DNA from: Setoptus koraiensis
Taxonomy: Eukaryota > Animalia > Arthropoda
NCBI GenBank assembly: GCA_048013815.1
Contig: CM106585.1
Coordinates: 20,088,001-20,152,000 of the forward strand
Reading direction: 5' to 3'
Length of the DNA: 64,000 nt
The position numbers and the translations under genes were made by a program. Below, in pieces: positions 1 through 10,854 of this stretch; the first letter of the stretch is position 1; the number at the start of each line of letters is the position of its first letter. Below the pieces are notes generated by a model, which worked only from the letters and a program-made list of their open reading frames with translations, did not search any database and was not told the origin of the DNA.

Positions 1-321
1 ACGAGAAGAGGCAGCCTTAAAAATTAGTGTGTATAATTTATTGTGAATTGTTGGAAAAGCATCAATTAATTGAGTTGTTGCTTCTCTCTGTGTGTGTGCC
101 TCTTTTGATAGGAATTGAGCTTATTGTTCTTGTTCGCTTAAACTTTCGATGTAACAATATAAACCTAACGGTAACAATATAATTAAATAACAATAATCTA
201 TCTCTCTGACTGGTGATATATTACATGGACTCGGGTTTAAAACGGGCCGGCGCAACAGTGACAATCGATTCAGAGCCAAACGAGATAATTGGCTCCCATC
301 GAAAGTCATGCTGTCATGATG

Positions 322-363
322 CGTCATGAACTTGTGTCGTCATGAACTTGTGTCGTCATGAAC
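322..363. repeat. 16-bp tandem repeat CGTCATGAACTTGTGT x2.6
   Basis: Direct inspection. It has a TCATGA palindromic core, with extra GTCATG copies at 305 and 313. Confidence 0.9.
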
Positions 364-876
364 AGGCCGCGAATTTCGTTGGCAGGGGGCGCTTGGCGTT
401 TAGAGGCCTGAGATTAGATCGCTGAATGTTTTGGTTTGGTTGTGAAGAAATACGAAGAACGCGAACTCTTGATTGTTGTCGCCTAACGCATTACGATGAC
501 CGCTTGAGGTTGGATCAATGAGTGGGCGGCATCAGCGAGCTGGCAAGTGTTCGCGCCATGATACTTTGGCTGGACATCAGACATCCTCTAACCGTTCGGG
601 CGAGTTTGTTCAATGTTTGTCTGTTTGTGTTTGTGGCTTGTTGTGGGTGTCGACGGTCATTTTAAAGTCTGCTAATGGCATGTTGGCATCTAGTGGTCAT
701 CATTTGATTTAATTGGTGGTTGTTTCATTCGTCGGCCTTCGTTCATTTCAAATGTTGCTGCTTTATCTCGGTAGTTATCTCGACAACAACAACAACAACA
801 ACAACACTGACCGACGCTGAGATGGTGCGCAATTACGTTTGTATCTCATCGCTAATTAACGCCATATTACGTATAA

Positions 877-2691
877 TTAACGCGCGTAACCACCGCTCGA
901 TGCTCCCTTCGATTTTGTTCCACCGCCGTAACCGCCGGATGAGCCGCCCTGGGAACCGCCGCCGTAGCCGCCAGAGGAGTTTCCACCGCCGCCGCCGCTC
1001 GATCCTCCGTAGCCGCCGCCGCCACCGCTTGGCATGCCGTAGCCTCCGCTGCCGCCTCCGGACGATCCACCGTAGCCGCCGCTACCTGCGCCGCCGCCTC
1101 CTCCCGATGATCCGCCGTATCCGCCACCGGCGCCTCCTCCGCCCGATGACCCGCCGTAGCCTCCGCCGCCACCGGACGATCCGCCGTAGCCGCCACCGGC
1201 TCCTCCGCCGCCCGATGATCCGCCGTAACCTCCGGCTCCACCGCCGCCACCGGAAGATCCGCCATAGCCTCCTCCGCTGCCGCCGGACGATCCGCCTCCG
1301 TAGCCTCCTCCTGAGCCACCCGACGAGCCACCGCCGTAACCACCGGCTCCGCCGCCTCCGCCAGACGATCCGCCGTAGCCTCCTCCGCTGCCGCCGGACG
1401 ATCCGCCGCCGTAGCCTCCTCCGCTACCGCCGCCTCCCGATGATCCGCCGTACCCTCCGGCTCCACCGCCACCACCGGACGATCCGCCGTATCCGCCACC
1501 GGAAGCTCCTCCGCCGCCCGATGATCCGCCGTAACCTCCGCCGCCGGAGCCTCCCTTGCTTCCGCCGCCGTATCCACCGCCGCCGCCTCCGCTGCCGCCG
1601 TGTCCTCCTCCGTTTCCGCCGCCGTATCCACCGGCGTCGTTTCCGTAGTCTCCGTCATCGTCGAAGTTTGGCTCACTGTCGTAACTTTCTGCCTGCGAAT
1701 AGGAACCGGCCGCGGCATTTCCATAGCCGCCCATTCCCCCTCCTCCGCTGGCGCCGCCGCCGTAGCCTCCTCCGCCACCGCCGCTGCTTCCGCCTCCGTA
1801 TCCTCCCATGGATCCGCCGCCGTGGCCTCCCGAAGATCCGCCACCGCCGTATCCTCCTCCTCCGCCGCCACTGCTTCCGCCGTAGCCTCCTCCGCCGCCT
1901 CCGCCGCTTCCGCCGTAGCTTCCACCGCCACCGCCGCCGCCCTTCATTTGATTCTTCATGGGCCTGCATATTATGCGTGCATTGAGTCGGTGATTCGGAC
2001 GGTCGACCATGTGGACGGTAGAGGACGTGGATGGCCGATGATATGGATGGTCGATCATTTAGACGTTCGATCATGTAGACGTTCGATCATGTAGACGTTC
2101 GATGACGTGTGTTTGGTGCGAGTTGGCGGACATTGGCGCCATTTTTGAACGTTCCGATCGGGTTGGCGCGAGTTGGTGTTTGTGTGCACCGGCGGTTGGG
2201 ACCAATTGGGCCCAATGACGCCATCAAATTGATGGGGCCCACGAAGCGAGGCGACCGGCACGCATGACGAGTCGTCGTTGTGGTTGGCGAACGTTGGTTG
2301 GCGACAAGTGTTATAAAGGGGAGAAAGGTTGCAAAGGGGAGAAAGGGAGATGCCGTCAGAGATTGCTCGTCGAGTGAATGAGGGGAAGGCGCATGGGGTC
2401 GCGCCGGTTTGGGTTCCCGGGGCCTGGGTCTGCCGGTTCGGGCTCTCGGGCCTGGCGATGGGGGGCAGCCGCCGGAGCGACGGGTACTTACATTGGAATG
2501 GGCAGCAGGACGATCTTCTTTCGTTTTAGGAGGGCGATGAGGGGCAGGATCTCTTTGATTTTCTTGATGATCTTCTTCTTTTTGCCGGCCGCCACCGGCC
2601 TGGTGATGTTTGGATCAATCAGTACGAGCTCACATAGTATGATTGCCAACAGGCAGTAGGTTGATATGCATAGAAAGTGTTGTCGCCTCAT
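877..2691 (-). CDS. Secreted glycine/tyrosine/serine-rich structural protein (cuticle/cement/silk-like), 2 exons, ~428 aa
   Basis: Exon 1 is 2691-2492: signal peptide MRRQHFLCISTYCLLAIILCELVL...PVAA followed by GKKKKIIKKIKEILPLIALLKRKKIVLLPIP. Donor AT|GTAAGT, 528-nt intron, acceptor TGCAG|GCCC. Exon 2 is 1963-877 and joins in frame (IPM-PMKNQMKGGGG), giving ~25 GGYG(G)SSGGG-type repeats and a TAA stop. Total 1287 nt. An upstream in-frame ATG at 2784 is an alternative start. Confidence 0.85.
2045..2103. repeat. 16-bp tandem repeat AGACGTTCGATCATGT x~3.7 in the intron of the Gly-rich gene
   Basis: Copies at 2061, 2077 and 2093, plus a degenerate copy at 2045. Confidence 0.9.
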
Positions 2692-3273
2692 TTTGGTGCC
2701 GCTTTGATTTGATTGTTTGCTGCTGATGGTTTTCGCTGAGGAGCGCTGACAGTGGCTGCTGGTGGCCTCGCAATGGCTGCTCATGCTGTTCGCTGTTTTA
2801 CTGTTATGAAATTATTGACTGATTATTGGTATTGTTGCTACTGGTCTATGTGTGGGAATGAATGATTAAATATCGACGATATCGCCCGTGCTGGTATGCG
2901 ATGGCATTGTATTGTGCGTTGTCGGTGATGGTGTCGGGATATATGATTGTGGCAAGCGATATATGTGATGTGATAGCGAGCGACCATGGATAGCTTTTAA
3001 TCAAAATGACGTGTCTGCGCGCCCATTTAAGTGTTTCCGAGCGGCCACTCGCCAACCGCCGACCACATGGCAAGCGGTGCAGTTTGGGCCGGAGCAACGA
3101 AAGTGATACAACCACTTATTGATTGTTATACTGTAGCGCAGCAGTAGTAGTGCTGGTGGTGGTGGTGGTGCTGGTGGAGGTGGTGGTAGCGTACGTAATG
3201 GCAATTCGGTTTAGTTGCTCATGCCAAACACAACACCAAACCAATCATCGCTGGCCGGACAGGGCCGGCCCCC

Positions 3274-3350
3274 GCTGGCCACTGTCCACTGTTTGCCGTC
3301 CACTGTCCACTGTTTGCTGGCCACTGTCCACTGTTTGCTGGCCACTATCC
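3274..3350. repeat. 21-bp tandem repeat CCACTGTCCACTGTTTGCTGG x3.4
   Basis: Copies at 3279, 3300 and 3321, partial at 3342. Confidence 0.9.
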
Positions 3351-4488
3351 GCCACCAAGACGCCAGATGTAACGGCCAACAATAACTGGCTGATCATTTG
3401 TAGTTTCAGTTAGCGGTGCCGCAATGCCCGGCCGATGTTAGACGCATTACAGTCACTCTCGCAGAGCGACCCGTTAAGTGCCCTCGCTCTCACAAAGCCA
3501 CGCTGGCTTTGTGTTCCGCAGAGAGCTCGCCAAAAGAGATTAACGCCGCCCCCTTTTAGCATAATCTATCTCTTCCTGTCTCATCTCGATGCTTATGTGA
3601 ATGGCGATTGTTCGCCTTTAAATTCCAGCCACTAGCCACAACTGGCCGGCCGACTGCCGAGCGCTACAACAGAGGAGAAATTGCCGCTGCCCGGCCAGAC
3701 AGACTGGCGCCGAGAGTGACGGACGGATGGAGCGGCCAGCAGCCAGCGGACAGTTAATTTGTGCACACACGAAGATGACCACTGCTGGCCGTTGTGCAAC
3801 TGCAACTGGTCAATTGCAAATAGTCGATCGCCGCTGCTGTTGTTGGCGTCGTTGTCGTTGTTGTTGTTGCTGCTGTTGCTGTGAAACCTTTTAATAAGCG
3901 CCGGCCAGTCTTGTTGGTCTCGCGAAGCCTTATTCTCGCGAAGCCGTAGTGGCGCAAAGCGAGCCGAGTGCTTACTGTTGCCGCGCTGATAATAAGTGAG
4001 TGACCACTTCTTTTCGCTAACTGCTGTTGCCGTTATCGCTGTCGCTGGCGCTGTTGTTGGCGTTGTTGTTTTGCAATCACCTCGCATAATAGTAATAGCG
4101 GTAATAATAATAATGACCATCGAACACCTAAAATGATTCTCTCGATCAACATGTTATCGCTGTCCATATGCGCAACTGTTGCGGCCGGTGCCGTAGCAGT
4201 TGCCAATTCTCATCGGCTTCAGCCGGCATGACGCTGAATGATGATTATTGGTGTGAAACACGCGAAATAACGGTCTCGCCGAGACGGTCAAACAATGGCC
4301 TCACTCTCGTTCTCTCGGCTCACTCTCGTTCGCTCGACTCACTCTCGTTCTTTCGACGCACGCTTGCTGCCAGTGGCCGGCCAGCAGTCCAGTTAGCCAT
4401 CATGTAGACTGCAGCGCATTCGACACATATCCAGAGAACGCCGAGTAATAATAATAAGCCATTCACCAGTCGCCGCTAGTCGCCACTC

Positions 4489-4519
<31 letters not shown>

Positions 4520-5033
4520 GCTTGACGCTCGCTATTTGTATTTAGTGCTGGCCAGCAGACACACAAACGCGAATGTAAATCACACCATCTCATGATTAGC
4601 TGGTGATTCAATGGCCAGTGCCGATGCATACCTACACCGATAGAGGTTATTATTTGGTCGTATTTAGCTGTGTGTGTGTGTGTGTGCTCATTATTAAGGC
4701 CACTTACACATTACGGAGGTCATCCGTTTGCGAGCCAGCAATGCTAATCAGTGGACACTTGTGTCTAGGAGGCAAGTTGTTTTGTGCGACATGTGACCTG
4801 GAAGTGGCGAAACTAAAACTATATATGGGACTATTCCTTCCTGTGTCAGTGTGTGTGTGTCATGTGATGAACTTGTTCTCATTCGTTATGCCGTTCGACG
4901 ATCTGCCCAATGGAATTATCCGAAGCCGTTGTCTGGTATTTCAACGAAAGTTTCGCCGTTCTCGTGTTCGCCGTTTCGCAACACAGCCAAGCGAGCGACA
5001 GTGAGCACACAAAATCAACAACTACACCGAAAA

Positions 5034-5113
5034 CAACGACAAAAACAACAACGATAACAACAACAACAACAACAACGACAACAACGACAACAACAGCAAC
5101 AACAACAACAACA
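5034..5113 (+). repeat. Imperfect (CAA)n microsatellite
   Basis: A run of AACAAC/AACGAC triplets. Confidence 0.9.
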
Positions 5114-6889
5114 GGTGATTGAATGAGCTCAATGGCTGAAGTGAAGTGTGATCAATAGTTGCCACCGATCGGTCATTGGTGGCGGCTACACCAATCATCA
5201 CTGGCACTCGTTAACAGTTTACAATCGCGCCATGTTGTTCGGGCTATAGATGTAATGTCTGGGATGGCACCCTATTCATGCCTATTCTTGCCTACTCTTG
5301 CCTATTATTGCACACTCTAGCTAATCTATTCCAACATATTCCAGCCATATTCTATCCTATTCTGCCCAGACATTATGGCTGCGGTCTGATGAGTTCTATT
5401 AGCGAGTCAATTGGTATAGGAACAAGGAAGTGTGCGAATGATGCCAGCCACAATATGTACACAAAAGAATAACTAAATTAAATCTGTTCATTAATGAAGA
5501 GCGAGTCGTCATCATCATCATCATACTGTTGTTGTTATGATTTAGATTGGCATCATTGGCTTCTTTGTTTAGCCGTACACAAAGGTGAATCATGCCACTA
5601 GTCGTGCCCAGTTGAGACTCTCAACTTGAGAGCGATAGAGGATAGGTCATTATCATCATAATCGTGCCGCTACATGATTGATGTTCGACCAGTGTTCAAC
5701 ACACGTGGCCCAATGGTTGTAGCATTAGATGTTGCTATAGGTGTTACATCATATCGCCGCTAGGAAGGGATAAGTGCTGATAAGTAACTACGACTGTGTG
5801 AGCGCAAACTATACACTGACAGGAGATAAATTTTCGCTCACAATTGCATAAGCGCTGTTGCAATCGAGAAGACCAGTGGTGACTGTGGCGCAATGTAGTG
5901 ACCCGCTGACTGACCATCAAATGAACGAGTGTGGCGGTAGCAATAACAACAACAACAACAACAAAAACAATGGACAACAACAACAATAAAGTAATGTAAC
6001 TAGACAGCTAATGATTTGATCTCTCGTCGACGATTTGATTACTGGCCATAACGTATCAATTATTTGTCTCTAGAGCACTTATTGTGCCCGTTATTGTCTC
6101 GTCGGATATCTGAACAGGGATAGCAACAGTTGTTACAGCAGTAACGGCAATAACGACGGCCGATGTCCGATAAAAACAATAGATTGAATTTCTATTGAAT
6201 TGTTGCTTGACACGATAATGATTGTTTGATCAGGTAATGTTGCAAGTGATCGCATGATCGTATTTAGATGTCGATTATGAGCTAACAGCGATTGTTTCCG
6301 AGCCCATGGTAGCGCCCACCGGTATTCAAATTGGCCAAAGCCATTGGTAGATTTCCACACGGTACAGTGACAGCGAAAGCTGCAACCGCCTCAAAGCTGC
6401 CAGCCTGCCAGCCACAACATGAAGCTAGCAAACTTTGACGAAAGTCTGAGGAAATTCTCGATACGCAACGGATTCAAGGCACACGTTTGAGATAACGTTA
6501 ACTTTTACTTTTAGTTCAACATCACTTTAGCTTTTAGTTTGACTTTTACTTAAACTTTCACTTTAACTCTCTTTAATGTTACCTCGCTAATTCAATCTTT
6601 TACACCTACTAGACGGCCAATCGACTCGGCCAGCCGATCGAGTGAGTGAGTGACCACTAGCAGTCAATCAAGTTTATTGCAACACACACATACACACACG
6701 CTCTTTATTGCCTGTGTCTGTCTACCTGGATAGGATATGGATAGACAGAATCCAGACAGGGAAGCTACGAAGAAAAAAAATCAGCATCACTTATAATACG
6801 TTCGACTAGTCGGTGTTGCAACAACAGCAGAGCCACCGAAAGACTTTATTCCAAACTAACGTCAGCCTACAACAACAACAACAGCAGCA

Positions 6890-7231
6890 TTAGAACATCT
6901 TTTTGGCCTCGTCTAATATCTGTCGACACACTGCCTTGAGATGTTGACCAGAAATCGAATCTTCGCCTTGATTCTCTTTAATATTGTGTGCGGCCGGCCT
7001 AAAGTAAAGGTGTATGTAACGCTGGATTATATCATGTATTTCTTGATTTAAATTAGGCTGCAGTGCTTGTCGCAATGTATTCAATGATTTTGAGGTGGAT
7101 TGTACACAACCTTGTTTCATTCTCAGTGACCTAGTTGTGGTGGCTCGATTTGCTTGACTAATTGCATTTAGATTGGCTATCCTCATGTTGAATGTGTTGA
7201 AGGTGTTTTTTAATTCGCCAGGCTCCTCCAT
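6890..7231 (-). CDS. DNTTIP1: DNTTIP1 (MiDAC subunit), dimerisation domain only, 113 aa
   Basis: SLNTLRQALQPNLNQEIHDIIQRY...FRPAAHNIKENQGE...LKAVCRQILDEAKKMF matches the DNTTIP1 dimerisation domain (MDLLRAVLQPSINEEIQ..NVRDNVGE..ACRSCLEQAKLLF). ATG at 7231 follows a 71-nt 5' UTR intron (7304-7234, GTAAGT..CCAG). AATAAA at 6850-6845. Confidence 0.85.
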   Translation of the reverse strand: MEEPGELKNTFNTFNMRIANLNAISQANRATTTRSLRMKQGCVQSTSKSLNTLRQALQPNLNQEIHDIIQRYIHLYFRPAAHNIKENQGEDSISGQHLKAVCRQILDEAKKMF

Positions 7232-7569
7232 ATCTGGCAACAGGTGTGAACGGGAAGATTATTGTCAATTAATTATATAACACACAGTAATTATACTCAC
7301 TTACATACAAAATAATTGGACAATTTGTTGTTACGGTTGCTGGTTGTTATGATCGTGTTTTTAATTTTTTTTTCTCATTAGATTTAAGGGGCAGGACAGC
7401 TCTATCAAAGCATATTTTTTTCTGTACATTTTCTGTTTCTGTGCTGCTCAAGATTCATTTCAATACATTTATTTTCGACAATTTAGCTGAACAGAACTGT
7501 AGATATAGCTAAAATGTGCAGTGGTCATTCCGTGCATTTCTCAGACCAATCGCGCTATACGTGCTACAT

Positions 7570-10335
7570 TCAAATTTTCGCATATCTTATAATTCTCCTT
7601 TGGGGATCATAAGTAAAATGATTGTTCGTGAAGGCAGACACACGATAGAAGTAGCTTGGATCACTCTGTTCAACGCGCCGACATCTATTTCTGAACTCGC
7701 GCTCATCTATCTCAATGGAGTCTATCGCTGTGTCGGGACCCAACTTTTGTTTCAATATTTGTTGCTCCTCCAGAACCATGTTCTTCAGAACGTTCAGAAG
7801 CAACTCTGTAGATGACCTGTTGTAATTGAGATGATGTGCAAAGAGGCTCTCCATATTCTTTCTGACCATGGCACGTTGAGTGGACACGAAACTCTCCAAT
7901 ATAACTTTTATGGCCATTCGCACGTCATCATTGCTCACATAGTTCCTCAGGTGCATCTTTGCGTAGGCTTCGGAACATCTGATTATACTTTCAATATGTC
8001 TAGCGGTGATGGGTATAGAGTTTGTTTGAGCAGATTCGCGTCTCATGTCTGCGTATACTTTCGCGATACTTTCTTGTTGTTGGGCACTCAGTTTTGGCTT
8101 GATCCTGTCACGCGCATATACTATGTATTTTCTAAGTATGTCTTGTCTGATAGGCTCATATTCCTCAATCTTATCCTGTAGGTCCAATTGCTCAAGTTGA
8201 GCTAATTCGTCTTCCTCGACGTCAGGATGACACTTGATGTGGGATCTCACAACAAATTTCGCCAACAATTCATCGGTGAATTCATTAACTTCGTCTCTCA
8301 CCACACAAATAATATCGAATCTAGATATAATAGGTTCCGTTAATTCGACATTCTGAGAAAAGGTATTTCTTCCGTTATAGCGACCACCTATAGGATTGGC
8401 CGCAGCTATGACTGAACATCTAGCTTTAAGTGAGGCTACTATTCCCGCTTTGGAGACTGAAATGGATTGTTGCTCCATAGCCTCGTGTATACTAGTTCTA
8501 TCACGATCTGACATCTTGTCAAACTCGTCAATCAAGCATACTCCGCTATCTGCCAATACCAACGCACCAGCTTCTAAAGTCCATTCTCTGGTAACCGGAG
8601 ACTTTTGTACGTATGCCGTAAGACCCACTGCGGATGCACCTTGACCAGTGGTGTAGATTGCTCGAGGTGCGATTTTTGTGGTGTATTTCAAGAATTGTGA
8701 TTTTGCTGTTCCAGGGTCACCACACAACAAAACGTTGATATCTCCACGAATTCTATGTTTGTTTGAAGGGTTCTTGCTCATACCGCCAAACAAAGCTAAA
8801 GCAATTGCTCTCTTAACTGGCTTGTGACCATAGACTGAGGGACAAATAGATGCCATAATGCGTTCGACAATGTTGGGATCTTTAGATAGATTTACGATTT
8901 TGGAGATATCTTCATCAACCAATGTTTGACTCACTGATGTCCAATCCTCTTTTCGGATGATGTGATTGGCCATTATTACTGTGGAGAAAACCGGGAAACC
9001 ATTAGCAATATTCAGAGATCCATCGTATGTGTTGCTGTAGATTCCTGTGAGGTCAATATCGTCTCCTGGTCGACAGCTATCACATAAGTCGCCCAAAACA
9101 ATGATGTCTTTGGCTCTGGGTACTCTTCCTGCACTGATGCGACCTGGCGATTCTTGTATGGTAAGGCGTTGATAATTTTTGAATATAGTTTCTTCCATGT
9201 TGATGGCAAATGGTCCCAGTGATTGACATCCGGGGCATGTTCCGGGTTTGACCTCTTCTTCTTGATTCTGTACAAACGGGCCAAGAACATACTTACATTT
9301 GAGACAGTCAAATTTAATCAGACCTAACTGAGGAATTATACTTGTTGCGCTTGTGATAACTCCTTCAGTCCTGATAAGTTGACTTAAATGTAATTGACGT
9401 AACGCTCTTATCTCGTCAGTAATGGCAAGATCCCTGATTCTGACAAATATTTCGGGTGCTATTTTTCCATAGGCTGGATACATTGATAGTACAACATCCT
9501 TTGCGGCACTGTTGAACAATTCTAACATCTGATGTGGAACCTCAGGAAGGAACAGAGCCAAAGCCTGTTGCTCGCGTGCCAGAATCTTGTATTCCAATTC
9601 GAAGCTTTGCTGATTCATTTCAGTCATTGCGCGCAATTTCTCCCTGAAAAAACTTTTTCCCGTGTCGGTGTCAATGTAGGTCTTAAGTAAATGCTTGAAT
9701 CTGTTCTTTATCTCATTCTTAGTGGCAATCTGCGATACCCACTCCTTATTTGACATACCACGAGTATCTTCAAGATTGTCAATACTCTCAGTTTGTGCTT
9801 GGGCGTCGTCTTCGTCATCTAGACGACCCCGAAGAGCGTTTTCAGCCAATCTTCTACGCCGCTTCAATTGTTTGTAGCTAGTTTGCGAATCAGGTTCTGA
9901 CATTTCATCAAACATTTCCAATCCGCGTCTCATTTTACCCCGACGACCTTCTGCCCTATCTCTTTCACGGAGAGTAGCCTCGGCCGCTATACGCTCGCCA
10001 ATGGAAAGCTCACTGACGGACGCATCGTCTAAATGATCGGAATCGTATCGATCCAATTCGGGCCTCGGTAGGTAGTCTCTATCCATGTTCTCGCCAAACA
10101 AATCCTCACCCTCCTCGTCCTCCTCGGGATCCGGTCGATCAACACCGTCGTCGATGACACCGTCAAACTCATCCAAAATCTCATTATTGTCATCAGGAAT
10201 ATCGCGACTGGCATCAACAAAATTATCCGAGTCCTCGTTGTCCGACAGAGCCCCTCTCAATATCCTCCTGCGAGGCTGACTGGGCCTGTTGTTAGAGCGA
10301 TCACCTTCGCTGCTTCCATTGAAGTTTGACGACAT
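7570..10335 (-). CDS. MCM2: DNA replication licensing factor MCM2, single exon, 921 aa
   Basis: Acidic N-terminal histone-binding region (EDLFGENMDRDY), C4 zinc finger (CLKC..CPGC), Walker A GDPGTAKSQ, Walker B IDEFDKM, Arg finger SRFD, and the MCM2-specific NTYDGSLNIANGFPVF. AATAAA at 7473-7468. Confidence 0.98.
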   Translation of the reverse strand: MSSNFNGSSEGDRSNNRPSQPRRRILRGALSDNEDSDNFVDASRDIPDDNNEILDEFDGVIDDGVDRPDPEEDEEGEDLFGENMDRDYLPRPELDRYDSDHLDDASVSELSIGERIAAEATLRERDRAEGRRGKMRRGLEMFDEMSEPDSQTSYKQLKRRRRLAENALRGRLDDEDDAQAQTESIDNLEDTRGMSNKEWVSQIATKNEIKNRFKHLLKTYIDTDTGKSFFREKLRAMTEMNQQSFELEYKILAREQQALALFLPEVPHQMLELFNSAAKDVVLSMYPAYGKIAPEIFVRIRDLAITDEIRALRQLHLSQLIRTEGVITSATSIIPQLGLIKFDCLKCKYVLGPFVQNQEEEVKPGTCPGCQSLGPFAINMEETIFKNYQRLTIQESPGRISAGRVPRAKDIIVLGDLCDSCRPGDDIDLTGIYSNTYDGSLNIANGFPVFSTVIMANHIIRKEDWTSVSQTLVDEDISKIVNLSKDPNIVERIMASICPSVYGHKPVKRAIALALFGGMSKNPSNKHRIRGDINVLLCGDPGTAKSQFLKYTTKIAPRAIYTTGQGASAVGLTAYVQKSPVTREWTLEAGALVLADSGVCLIDEFDKMSDRDRTSIHEAMEQQSISVSKAGIVASLKARCSVIAAANPIGGRYNGRNTFSQNVELTEPIISRFDIICVVRDEVNEFTDELLAKFVVRSHIKCHPDVEEDELAQLEQLDLQDKIEEYEPIRQDILRKYIVYARDRIKPKLSAQQQESIAKVYADMRRESAQTNSIPITARHIESIIRCSEAYAKMHLRNYVSNDDVRMAIKVILESFVSTQRAMVRKNMESLFAHHLNYNRSSTELLLNVLKNMVLEEQQILKQKLGPDTAIDSIEIDEREFRNRCRRVEQSDPSYFYRVSAFTNNHFTYDPQRRIIRYAKI

Positions 10336-10584
10336 TGTGACAATATGTGTATAAAATTGAACTTACTTGTATTGTGTGTGTGTGTAGATAAAAATTTAAG
10401 AGATCCGAATATAATGATATTTTTCAATATATAATTCAATCCTTCGAAAAATATCTATCAGATGGGCAATTTAAAAACTAAAGTCGTTAAAATACTGCTG
10501 GTATGCAGTACGTGCAAAGGCATCCTTTATTTGTGTCCCCATAACTGCGAGTACATTTAAAGCCCTTTGTTCTGTTAAAGAGTG

Positions 10585-10637
10585 GCGCCAAAAAGAGCGC
10601 AACTGGTTGTTTGCGGTCCGATGCGCGGGTATTTGAA
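10585..10637 (-). promoter_or_regulatory. E2F site and CHR-like element upstream of MCM2
   Basis: TTTTGGCGC on the minus strand (10593-10585) fits the E2F consensus TTTSSCGC, ~250 nt upstream of the MCM2 ATG. GCGCGG-GTA-TTTGAA at 10623-10637 resembles CDE/CHR. MCM genes are established E2F/DREAM targets. Confidence 0.5.
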
Positions 10638-10854
10638 ATGTTTTAGGTCGTATGTTTTACTAATGCGGTGTGTGTCGTTTCGGGTAGATGGCGTTAACAG
10701 TGGCCCTGACAAATGAACCTAAACCAGTTGATAGATTCAGATTGAGATCCTGAGAGACAAGATCGACCACTATCGGCAAGAATAACACAATAAACACAAG
10801 AAAAACTATATAACATGGTGAGTGTTGTACTTATTTATTGATAAATAGAAGCCT

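Noticed and set aside
720-2094. Long Arg-rich (720-1985 +), Ala/Glu-rich (867-1931 -) and Ser/Ala-rich (1600-2094 +) ORFs
   Set aside because: These are alternative-frame or antisense shadows of the GGC/GGA/TAC repeat, which lacks stops in several frames. Only the Gly frame joins a signal-peptide exon.
6501-6580. Degenerate 6-nt periodic T-rich tract (TTTTAC/TTTTAG/TTAAC) as a telomere-like repeat
   Set aside because: It does not match TTAGG or another consistent unit, and is too short and degenerate.
10287-10367. GTAAGT just upstream of the MCM2 ATG with CTAACAACAG downstream, suggesting an intron that removes the ATG
   Set aside because: Several AGs intervene, no upstream in-frame ATG exists, and splicing would delete the start of a normal-length MCM2. 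Not supportable without cDNA.
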